Below are positions 53,027 to 64,000 of a DNA stretch of 64,000 bases, one piece after another. Both the position numbers and the translations under genes were made by a program. The DNA is from Podarcis bocagei (lineage: Eukaryota): NCBI GenBank assembly GCA_964188305.1, contig OZ076886.1. One strand, 5' to 3'. The notes beneath the pieces are model-generated. The model did no database searches, had not been told where the DNA came from, and worked only from the letters and a program-made list of their open reading frames with translations. Every line of letters begins with the position of its first letter. The first letter of the stretch is position 1.

Positions 53027-54115
53027 CCCCAGATCAACAGCTAAAATTAGTAGTAGCCTTATTAGGTAACCAATCAGTGTAAATGCAGGGCAGTACCATA
53101 CACTCCAGATCACTATCTAGTACTCGGTACACAATAAATTCTCCAGATGGAGGGGCATATAAAACTTTGTCTCTGCATAGACAGGACCTTCCAGGCAGAA
53201 TCTTGCACAAGGCACTCATCAGATGGCATGTGTGTGTGTGTTATGTTTCTACTAGAGGAACACTGAGGCCAGTTTTTATCTACATTATTGCTTTCTCTTT
53301 TTAGGTCTCTGTTTAGAAAGCCTGTGGAGAGTTTACAAAGGGATTAGTTCCCAACATAAACACTCAAGGTGTGCTTGAGTCAGGCACATGCTATTGACGC
53401 TGGTAACACAGCTGCGATTCTGAGGTAAAAGCCAGCACGGTCTGGATGAGGACATTTTGGAGACTGGTGCTGAGAGAGTGTCCCTTTGCTGGGGGTTGCA
53501 TGCACATTATTTGCACAGTTCTGTTTCTTTCCAGGAGAAAGAGATATGGCCCATTCCCCTCTCCCTCTTCTTCCATCATTCTTATATGGCTCTTTACAGG
53601 AGTGTCATGAACACCCGGAAAAAAGCAGGATGAGAAGTACTTGTAAGCATGCCCGGTTTTCCCTTTTAGATCTTGAAACAGAAGGGTCACTGCTCAGCCA
53701 CTGCAGGAAAAACTGCAGTCTGTTGCTGGAATTCTTTTCTGGGGCCCTTTCTTATTGGGCTTTATTAAAAATCAGAGGACCTCAGACTTTTACATCCCTG
53801 CTAGTGACTGACACTCAGTTATCCAAAAAACCCACACAATCCAGAAGCATCTATATTTGAAGATGTGAGACCTGTGTGATGAACCCCTAGAACTTGATAT
53901 AGACCAAACAGAGCCACCTATAGGATCTGTAACTTGGAACCCCTGTGGAGAAGTTCTGCAGAGGCCAATATTCTGAGTTTTATTTCCGATACACTTTCCC
54001 AATTTAACCCCTTATTAACAGTCATCACTGATGGTTAGTTCTTCTGCAATGGGAGTTCAGAAGCGCAGGAAGGTGGGACTGAGCTCTAAGTGAATTCCTG
54101 ACTGGCTACTTAGAC

Positions 54116-54756
54116 CAGTGTTTCCCAAACGTTTTTGGGCAACGGCACACCTGTTTACTGAAAAAAAATCTCGCGGCACACCACCATTAAAGCCCCGCCC
54201 CGTGACGTCAGCGCGCAGCGTCACGCCGGGAGGGACGCACAAAAGTGAAAGTTTTTCCCCTCCCCCTTGCCGGGGAACCTCCAAGCTTTGGGCAGGCAGG
54301 CAGGCAGAGCTGGGAAGGGGGTTTCCAGGGGACACGGCAGCTCCTCGAAAGGCTTCTCTCAGCTGCGCTCAATCCTCCTCGGAGAGGATTTCCCCTCCGG
54401 TCCCATGCCTTCGTTTGGGGCATCGCTCCGGCTGCTCCCTCTCCCGCCGCGCAGGAGCGATGCCTCTCTCTGGCTCTCCCTCCGCGCAGGCTGAGGGAGG
54501 GAGGGAGGTGCGCGTGTGACCCGTCTCTGCTGGGAGACCAAACCCAGCGAGGCAGAGTCGCGCGGAGGCGCCCAGGCAGCGCTGACGGCTGCGAGGAGGA
54601 GCGCCAGGCAGCAGCAGGAGGCGCGGCCTCTCCTCGCCGCCGCCGCCCCGCCTCTCGCCGCCCGACTCGCCCGCCTCCCTCCAGGCATCTCGCGGCACAC
54701 CAGCCGATGTCTCACGGCACACTCGTGTGCCGCGGAACACCGGTTGGGAAACACTG
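54116..54756. mobile_element. Young non-autonomous hAT element (641 bp) with CpG-rich interior
   Basis: TIR CAGTGTTTCCCAA...TTGGGAAACACTG, perfect 8-bp TSD ACTTAGAC (54108-54115 and 54757-54764), subterminal CGGCACAC repeats. Confidence 0.92.
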
Positions 54757-56482
54757 ACTTAGACCACTTGCATCAAGAGACAGATTTTCCTTTGTCACTG
54801 CTACACATGATACTTCGCCTAATGAAATAGCTCAGCTTTCACTGGTCTCAAATCCCCCCCCCCCAAAAAAAATGCAAGGCATTTCCCTGTCTCCTTCAGA
54901 ATTATGTTGATCGGGAGACCCATTACAAGAAATGGATGCTTTCTCAGGCAATCTTGTCTGGAACTCTGCACAATCTCTGAAACCCAAGACTTAACTCAAG
55001 CACACAAAAGGTAACAAGCGAAGTGAAAACAATTATGCCTTTCTTTCCCCTTCCTAGTCCCCCTTCCCATTCAAATAAGCTTTCTTCATATATGTTAACA
55101 TTTGGTTTAATTGATTAAAAAGTTCTCTCTCTGGAAGTTCTTTCTGGAATCCTCATGTGCTAAGACCTAATCATTCTTAAGCTAAACCCTGTCTTTCCAA
55201 GGAGAGTCCACAAGGTTTAGTACAATTTGGAGCTCTCTGGTACAGTAAAATTAAATAACTTTTCTTCTTTATCCTCACAAGAATTGGGCTGGACAGAAGA
55301 ACTCTACTGTATAGGACTTAGGGCAGGGGTAGAGAACCTCAGGACCAGGGGCCAAATGTGGTCCTTGGTATTCTCCCACGTTCAGGCTCCCTCTCCTCAG
55401 GCCATACACCTCACCAGCCCTGCTTCAAACACCAAGTATTTTTGACTGGCGGAATTGTGTCCTTGAACTCAGATACTTCTGGGTGGAGGCATAGATGACT
55501 GTGTGTAAAAAACCACCTTTCTGTATGAAGGTAACATTTTATGTTTCTCGCTCCACCCACTTTTGCCTCTGGTCCCGCCCACCCCTGGGCCTTGGTCCTC
55601 AGAAGGTAGCCCAGAATATGGGCCTTGGACTGGTCTTGGGTTTGTCAGCAGGCTCAGTCTGAGCAGTCAATCATATTCTCTTTCTTGGACGGAGGAGGAC
55701 CCTTACCAAAAGGGAAACTGCCAGTAGGAGAAAGCCTCCCCACCCCCAGGGTCTTCATACCTGCAACAAAATGTTGTCATGTGGAGTGCTCCTGTACAGG
55801 ATTCCAGCTAGCCAGCCACACCACAACACTCCACTTCATTTTCCCTGCCTCCCAGTTTCCCACCCCCTCCATCCCCTGCAAACAAGCCCCTTAATTTCCC
55901 CTTCTACCCACCCAAAGATTTGTGTTTATCTGCCAAACATGGAATTCCCCTTCCAGCTGAGCCTGCTGATACTTCCCTCTGCTGTGTGGGTGGTGCTGTC
56001 TTGGATCCATAAGGATCTACACACTTGGAGAATGAGTTCGCTGCAAGAGCCATGGATAATAATAATGATGATGATGATCAGATAGTGGATGCAAACAGTT
56101 ATGAGGCGGGGCATTAGGTCTACTTGTGAGGGTGGGGCATTTCGCCACAAACTGCTGAAGAGAAATGCAGGCACCACCCATTCCTCTCAGGACCGCTGCT
56201 AGAATTCAAGAGCCGACTGTTATTAACAGAGGTTTCACTTGTGAGGAACTGCAAGCCCCTTGCAAGAGCCCTGCCTTTCCTTCCGTGGTTTACACAGCTT
56301 GTTTTTAGAGGAGAGCTACGAGAAGAAGCTTCCTTTTCAATCAAGTTTCTTGGAAGGCGTCCGCAGCGTAGCAAATTCCTCCAGTTCTGGACTCACACTT
56401 GAGGTGTGTGGGAAAGGAAGCCTATGCTGTGCGATAGCTGCACTGGACAGAACAAAAAGAGACAGTTTGTGTCTGTTTCCTT

Positions 56483-56770
56483 ATAAGAACATACTAAGAG
56501 CCTTGCTGGATCAGGCCTTTGGCCCATTTAGTCCAGCATCCTGCTCTTGCAGTGTCCAACCAGGTGTCTGTGGGAAGCCTGCAAGCTGGACATGAGCGCA
56601 GGAGAACACCCTCCTCTTGCGGTTTCCATCAACTGGTATTCAGAAGCATTCCTGCCTCCCTGACTGTGGAGGCAGAGCAGAGCCATTGCAGCTATTAGCC
56701 ATTGTTAGCTGCCTTCTCAATGAATTTGTCTAACTCTCTTTTCAAGCCATCCAAGTCGGTGGTCATCTAA
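56483..56770 (-). mobile_element. CR1-related 3' UTR fragment
   Basis: TAAGAACAT..GAGCC.TGCTGGATCAGGCC..TGGCCCAT.TAGTCCAGCATCCTG; a related copy in the opposite orientation lies at ~63660-63805. Confidence 0.55.
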
Positions 56771-58157
56771 CGGCACTGCTGCAGCTAAGCCTACACATAC
56801 ACACGGATGAGGGAGAAATTTGGTTTGGTTTGGGTTTTGAATATGAATCTACTTCATTAACACTTCTGGAAACAATACGCAAACCAAAAGGGAACTATCC
56901 TTCAAAATGCACACCTCTTTGAATTCTGCAGTGCAGTTCTGCACCTAAAAAAAGGTGTACAGAAATGTACCTATTAGGGGAGGTGTGCATGAAGAAGCCA
57001 ACATTAATGAAAACACACATAAATGCATTACAGTTAAAAGCATTATTAAAAGCAGCATTTTGGCATCTGTGCAGAAGAGCATAAAGGTCTGGATTCCACA
57101 TGGACTGGGGAAGGGGGTGAGAAATAAACCCCAAGCACTATCAAAAAGAGGGGAACCCCCACCCCCTGCTGCAAAACAAACGAGGCAGAAGAGATGATGA
57201 AGCACTGCCTGCTACTAGAGGAACTTGCAAAATCACAGTTCACCGGAAGCCAGCCTGGAGCCAGAGGAACCTTTTGAGCCAGCAGCCAGAGCCAGCCTAG
57301 CTGTTTTCATTTCAGAGGAAGCGAAACAATGACTGGGGGGAACAAGCCTGTATTTAGAACACTCTGCTGCCTTGTAGGACAACAGTGATGCTGCTCTTAT
57401 GACCACCCAGCGGAAGGCTGATATCATAAAACAAGAGAAAAGGGAGGATGGTGAATGGGGAGGTCAGTTGGATTTGCCCTCTGGTAGAATTGATCTCCTG
57501 GATGTGCCACATACGTGATCTTTGGTTGGGGTGGGGGGAATCTCTCTAGAACTTATTTTCTCATTTGGGACATCCATAGCTTGGATCCACACCTAGCATA
57601 AACAAACAAAAGCATCTGAGCCACTCACATAACTAAGTTTAGAGTGGTCACATATTCAAGTCACCCACAGCATTCCAACCTGCAAAATTCTCCCAAGCAA
57701 TTTTTTTTGGTCAATGCTAAACTTTTGTTGGTTCCAGTCCAGAGCCAGCAGCACAGTATCTTTATTTCTTAATGAAGGGAAGAGGGGAGATTTGAAGATA
57801 GCATTGCTGGAGGGAGATAGCTGCAATAAATATAAAAAGCAAGAGGCACACATAAAAGTGGTAGAGGTGAATGGTGAGAGAAGTTGGGTCATTTATCAAT
57901 GACCTCTTGCACATTATCCAATAAAGCCACATTCCAAACAGGACTCACAAACCATGGGTGACAGAGTGGGAGGGAAAAGAAAATATGGTCAAGAGAGAGG
58001 GGCAGAACCCAAGGCCTTTGATGTAGAAAGGGTCAATACGGGCTCCTGTCCCAGGTGTTAACATGGAGACACACACACAATGTGCAATACCTGCGTATTC
58101 ACTATTAAGTGAATCAGATTTGTTGTGGGGTTTTTTTGTTTTGTTTCTAGTTTGAAA

Positions 58158-58274
58158 TAATTCAGAGATGATTTAAATATAAAATATTGTAATGAAAAGC
58201 TTCCTCAGAGTTGATTTAAATATAAATTTAATTCAGAGATGATTTACATATAAAATATTGTAATGAAAAGCTTC
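58158..58274. repeat. Imperfect AT-rich tandem duplication (46-bp copies, 71-bp offset, partial copy between)
   Basis: TAATTCAGAGATGATTTA(A/C)ATATAAAATATTGTAATGAAAAGCTTC at 58158 and 58229. Confidence 0.85.
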
Positions 58275-58503
58275 TGCCCCTTAGTAGGGGCAGAAGACCA
58301 GGCAGAGTATCACCCTTGCAGCTCTTCACTGGTTCTGTACTGGCAGCCTAATACAAAGTACACCTGACCTTAAAGCACAGCTAGGAAAGAGAAAGGGAAA
58401 AAACACAACTGGTGAAATCTTTGGATAGTCCTGTATCACTTCCCAAACGGATCAGTCCAGGAGTAGTTTATTAGCGGGTGGGCAAAAAGCAGGTAATAAA
58501 GTA

Positions 58504-58729
58504 CAGTGGTACCTCAGGTTACAGACACTTCAGGTTACAGACTCTGCTAACCCAGAAATAGTGCTTCAGGTTAAGAACTTTGCTTCAGGATGAGAATAGA
58601 AATCGTGCCCCGGCGGCGCAGAGGCAGCAGGAGGCTCCATTAGCTAAAGTGGTGCTTCAGGTTAAGAACAGTTCCAGGTTAAGAACGGACCTCCAGAACG
58701 AATTAAGTACTTAACCCGAGGTACCACTG
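58504..58729. mobile_element. Tigger/pogo-type MITE
   Basis: TA|CAGTGGTACCTC ... GAGGTACCACTG|TA with internal CAGGTTA repeats. Confidence 0.88.
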
Positions 58730-59553
58730 TAATGATTATGGAAATGAGTTGTGCCAGTACCATGGAAATGTCTATTGTTTTTTGGGTTTTGTGGCACCAT
58801 TAAATGTTTTACTAAATAGCGCCTTCTAGAACATTTTGTTGTGAAGTGGAGACACAAGTTGCCTGAAGAGCTTTAAATTGGCAGAGAAGAAAAAAGTGGC
58901 CATTGTGACTAAACCGGTTATCCAGTGGTATTTTGGACGACTTAAAACCTCTCTTACTAGTTTTAAAAAGGAGTTTTGCCTGACGGACACCAAAAAATGC
59001 CTCCATAGTGTTCCCCCACTGTTAAAAATAAAGGAGTGATTTATACAGAAGCCCTTTCTTTGCTTCATGCCTATTGTGAACAACCAGCCAGGAAAAATGC
59101 TGACATTCAGATTGGAAGATTAAGCACCTTCCCTTTCTCCCTCCCCTTCAGACAGCAAAACTCCCTCCAAAGGATTTTTTTAAAAAAAGAAATCAGCAAT
59201 GTTCAAAGACCTAAAATCATACTGAGAACTCAGCAGGTGAGTGCCCGTGTGCCAGAAATATAAGCTGCCCAAAGCCAGCTGGATTATGAACCACAGCAGT
59301 TCCATTTTAAGAAAACAGTGCAAGCAGTCCAACATACGGTCAGCTTTCATATGAATGAATATTTAAATCTGAACTGATCTTCTAAAAACCAGTGTGTGTG
59401 TGTGCACTAGCTGCTAGCAGCACAAGACTGTAAAAGCAAGAGTGGCATCTCTTCCATGGTTGCAAGAGCGCCTACCACACTGAAGCAGCTTATTCCCTAC
59501 TTATGTTGCTACAAGGTAATGTTGATAACTTTCGGTGATCCTGAGCACCTAAA

Positions 59554-59556
<3 letters not shown>

Positions 59557-59592
<36 letters not shown>
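59557..59592. repeat. (GT)n microsatellite
   Basis: About 18 GT units. Confidence 0.95.
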
Positions 59593-59595
<3 letters not shown>

Positions 59596-59714
59596 CGTCC
59601 TAAGTACCAGAGATGGAAAGCACACAGCCTTCTGTGTACAAGGATAAAAATAGAAGTAAATAAGCAAAATGTTCAGGATTAACAAGGCACTGCAGGGTGC
59701 ACAAATAAGACTTA

Positions 59715-60130
59715 CAGTGGTACCTCGCAAGACGAATGCCTCGCAAGACAAAAAACTCGCTAGACGAAAGGTTTTTCCGTTTTCGATTTGCCTCGCAAGA
59801 CGAAATTTCCCTATGGGCTTGCTTCGCAAGACGAAAACGTCTCGCGGCTTTGTTTCCTTTGTCTAAAAACAAAGACATGTTTTGTTTATAAAGTTAATTT
59901 ATTTTCCCTTCAATTTTTGAACTGCTCTTTACAGTATGTGTGACTTTAAAGAGAAGTTAATAAACTGTTGTTGTACCAAATTTGGCTTTGTTTGGACTTT
60001 TTTTGACTATAGGAACGCATTAATTGATTTTCAATGCATTCCTATGGGATTTCGTGATTCGCAAGACGAAAAATTCGCTAGACGACAAAAATTGCGGAAT
60101 GAATTAATTTCGTATTGTGGGGCACCACTG
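59715..60130. mobile_element. Tigger/pogo-type MITE (416 bp)
   Basis: TA|CAGTGGTACCTCGC ... GGCACCACTG|TA with repeated CGC(A/T)AGACGAA subterminal motifs; CpGs retained. Confidence 0.85.
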
Positions 60131-60945
60131 TACTTAGTGATTCCTCCTCACAAGTATGTAAATATTCTTTGTCCTGGTAGAGCCAGGGAGCACTCTGTAT
60201 CAAAGGAGAAATAAAACATCACAGAATGGCACAGGCTCATGGAACTGCATTGCCTCATAAAGATTGCATATCACAGGCTGTCGGAGAATCAGAGGTGGAA
60301 GGGATCTCAAGAGGCATGTTGTCCAACCACCTGTCACTGCAGAAAAGCCACTGCTATAGCATCCCTAGATGGATGGCTGATGGAACGATCGGAAGACTGC
60401 AATGTTGCATTCTTTCTTATGCTTCTGTTGATGCCAACGAAAATCACATTAGTCTTTTAAGGCCCCGGCCCCGCAGACTCACTCTTGTTCTAGGAACACT
60501 ATCTTTAGTTCAGTTCGGAATTTGGTTGTTAGTTATGAGAGCCATCTGCAAGTATTTGCAGGGAGGAGACACCATAATCTGGTCCCAAGAGATCTTTATT
60601 GGTTGATAATTGGCTGCATTCTCCCTTTCAGAGATGCAAGCACACTCTTACTCCTTGCTTAGGGATTATTGTGGAGTGGCAAGGAATGGCTCTGCATTAT
60701 CTAGACAAATGCATGGTGCCTCCTTTCCTTTTATGGACATGATGCACAATGACACTGTGGCTCACAATTGGTTATTGATCCATACTGCAAACATTGTGCA
60801 TGTAGTAACAGTGGCAATAGTAGCTTCACTTCTTAGAAGGGCTGCTCCTCATGGTTCTGTTTTGTTTTTAATCACGATGGGTCTAAAATGACCATTTCCT
60901 TCTATTGCCATGAGTTTGGTTGTTCTAGGTCACATAGCATGTCTT

Positions 60946-61021
60946 AATAATAATAATAATAATAATAATTTATTTATATCCCGCCCTCCCTAGCCGAAGC
61001 CGGGCTCAGGGCGGCTAACAA
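60946..61021 (-). mobile_element. L2-type 3' tail with (TAA)n microsatellite
   Basis: (TAA)8 then TTTATTTATATCCCGCCCTCCCTAGCCGAAGCCGGGCTCAGGGCGGCTAACA. Confidence 0.65.
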
Positions 61022-63129
61022 TTAATGTGTGGCAATCAGAATGTTGCTTTTTTGAGCTTTATAAAGTGTTACTTTGTTGTTCACAAGGCAATGGCGGATG
61101 CTTGTTTATCAATGGTCATATTTGTGAATTGTTTTATAGGTCACATTTACATGCTGCATTCCTTTGGGGGTGCAGCTGACTTTTTTAAAACCTGGAGATT
61201 CCCAGCCAAACTGATTGCTCTGAACATAACACTTGTCTTTCTGTAAATTACATTCCCATTTGGAAAAAAGGGTTCGGTCAAGTTCAGCAGTCAGCCACTG
61301 TGTTTCATTGAGAGTAAAGGAATGAAATGATGATCTCCTTCGGACTTTGGGCCAACAGCAGCTGCTGCCTTTCAGATCATCTCATCTGATTAATTCAAAG
61401 GAAGTCCACACATACTCCTGAAAATTTCAATTTACATTTTGGGCAGGGGGAATGATTTCAGGGCAAGGGAGCTTTTCTTGGAGTACATTCAGACACCCTC
61501 TACAACAAGTGTGCATTTATCAGGTTAAAAGGATTACAGTATTGGGTGTAAAGGTGCATAGCATTAGATAACATAGTCATGACTACAATGTTGCAGCCAA
61601 GCTGTTTTGCTTGTAGGGGACCACTTTTCAGAGTTTAAAGATTCAAAACCCTGAAGCACAGCCCTCTGTGGTACAAAGCAATGCATTCACCCAGAAGAAT
61701 TGGGAAGACTAATGACCCCCCCCCCCAAAAAAGAGCCAGAGTGAAAAATAATATTTAGAAATAATTCACTGAACTGCAAACAATGCATGTGAATCTAAAC
61801 ATCAAGTTCTGCTGATTAAGAGGACACCGTTTAGGGTTTAGTCCTGGAGAGAAATGGCAGCTATTATCCTGCTATTCTCCTAGCACAAGAAAGGATACTG
61901 TGCTCATGAAATGATATTTTGGTGGTAGAGCATATGCGTCTGTTCAGTATACAAATAAGGAATAGAAACTGTCCATTTTTATTTTTATTTTGCTGGGTGG
62001 GTGTGTTGAGAAGATGAAGAAACTGCAATCCACCACTATGCCTCCGCCTCAAAATTGCCCAAGGTGAAAGCTTCTCTAGGTTCCAGTAAAGCAAGAAAGC
62101 ATTTTGAAGAATGCAGAAGTACTGATACTAAATTGCACAAGGTTCCAGGTCAAAGATCAAAATAGATTCCCCCCCTGCAATTCAGAATCACCACAGAACA
62201 TATTGTGGGGTTCAGAGAGTGGCAAATCCATTTAAAAGGTTTGTTTCTAAGATGGATTCCATGCCCCATGCCAAGCCAGAAATGCTCCTGTTCCAAGCAA
62301 TGCTCCCACAGAGGCCTTGAAAGACCTTCTGTTAACACATGCAAGCAAAACAAGACGTGCCAGAGAAGTAATTGTTAAATGGGAGTGCCTATAGAACCAG
62401 CGACTCTGCAATGATGGAGGTTAGGGATCCTAACCAAAGCAAGCTGTCAATATGAAGCACCAAACCAAAGCAGTTTTCTTTGGAACGAACAAATCTTTGC
62501 ACGCTACATGCCCCTGCTCACAATACATCAAGTAATTGATCCTTCAGATTATCACAGGAGGACACCAAGATGGTTAATGGCTTTCTGATTACCTCAGTGT
62601 GACCCTACAGCCAGATCATAAGATAGTTTGAAATTGGTGCCATGTTAGAGTATCCCAACAGTGAACATGTTTACCTTGCAGTACATTACAGTACAGCAAC
62701 CAGTAACCAAGAAGCCTCAACATTCAACTGAATATATAGAGGGAAACACTTAAATTAGGTGATAACTTAAGAGGTAACTATTTATTTAAAATGCATGCCC
62801 CCATTTTTCACCACATTCTGGAATACACACCATTACTTTCCAAGGGATGGCTATGCTCATATATACCACTGCATGTAAACAATCCAGGAGAGGTGACTGA
62901 CTTTGCCAGTATATACATAAAGAGATATAGGCACACATGCATACCAAACAAGATAGATGAGTTCAAAGCAAGGGTGCACATTCTTAATAATAACTCATTA
63001 GGGAGGTTTTAGAGAAGTGGTTTGGGAAGAGGTTATTAGATGAGAACAGGGAGTGGCATTTCCTCAGAGCATCCACAAAACAGAAGCTAAGCTGTGATCA
63101 GCATTGATTCAACAAGAATTTCATCTTCC

Positions 63130-63162
63130 AAAAAAAAAAAAAAAAAAAAAAAGAAAAAAAAA
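63130..63162. repeat. Poly(A) tract
   Basis: About 32 A with one G. Confidence 0.9.
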
Positions 63163-64000
63163 GTGGAAGAATAAAGTGCCATCTCTCAAACTTTTACTCC
63201 TGTGCCATGTTGATAAATTCATTGGAAGTAATGGGTTCCAGCACATTTTATCTGTGTAGTCCAAATAATGGAGTAAGATCTTTAAAAATGCTAGTAACAA
63301 TTACAGCACCACATAATGAAGTCAACCGCTGACAGCTCTGAAATGAATCATACTTACACGTGAATGAGCCAAAGAATGTGCAAAGAATGTTCAGAGCCTG
63401 GAAAGGAGTTCAGAACTATAGGTAATAATTTACCTGCTGCCAAGAAGGGCAGTGAAGAACTTCAAAGGCATTCTAGTCAATCTGGGGGAACCTACAGCAG
63501 AGCCCTTCCGTGCCTTTCACCTCAGAATGCAGGGGAGAAGCCTATCACTGCATGCTCTGCAATGTCTGGGAGTGTTCACTGATTGGCTCCTCCACAGCAT
63601 TCTAAGGTCAAAGTCACAAAAGAGATGTAACAAACTCCCTTATTGCAAAAAAGAGGAAGCAATGCTTCCAAAATGCCAGTTGCTGGAGACCCCAGGAGGC
63701 AAAGAATGCTCCTGTGCTCAGATCCCACAAGCATCAAGTTGGCACCTGTGAGATCAGGATACTGGACTAGATGGGCCATTGGTCTGATCCAGTATGCTGT
63801 TCTAATTTTGGATAAGGGTTGTCTCTCTCTCCAATGCGTTGTCTGAAGGGAGTTTTGTAGCATGAGGAACATTAAAGCTGCAATCCTACGTACATTAGCC
63901 TAGGCATATGCTCACGGGTAGTGAGGGAAGAGCCTAGCGACGTCTCAGCTTGGATGACATGCTAAGTCAAACCTTGGCTTATCTCAGAGTGACACAGCAG

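Noticed and set aside
54057-54830. Cluster of long overlapping ORFs (up to 170 aa) on both strands
   Set aside because: They lie in the GC-rich hAT element, where stops are rare; no recognisable domain.
59715-60130. Regularly spaced short repeats suggestive of a CRISPR-like array
   Set aside because: Subterminal repeats of a TA-flanked MITE in a eukaryotic intron; irregular spacing and no cas genes.

Overview
Vertebrate genomic DNA. The repeat landscape (tRNA-derived SINEs, CR1/L2/RTE LINE remnants, hAT and Tc1/pogo MITEs) suggests a squamate, probably a lacertid lizard (inference). Most of the window is STK10 (LOK, Ste20-family kinase) on the minus strand. Coding exons 2-19 were reconstructed by hand from splice sites (51118 down to the stop at 14294; 2787 nt, one open frame, 928 aa). 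They are followed by a ~3 kb 3' UTR ending near an AATAAA at 11315-11320. Exon 1 lies beyond the right edge. At the left edge, in a CpG island, is the first coding exon of SH3PXD2B (Tks4; [24 protein letters not shown], 397-326, minus strand), which the ORF track misses. Best leads: (1) STK10 sits directly upstream of SH3PXD2B in tandem, unlike the human order as I recall it, and a read-through splice would be in frame; (2) STK10 intron 8 holds an exon-like block with a strong acceptor, a phase-matched donor and protein-like broken ORFs; (3) intron 10 is GC-AG; (4) there are several structurally complete insertions, including a solo LTR with promoter motifs and a CpG-rich hAT element with a perfect TSD, plus an internally deleted Tigger transposase beside the SH3PXD2B promoter. 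There are no prokaryote-type systems. Gene identities and human exon sizes are recalled from memory, not from a database search.
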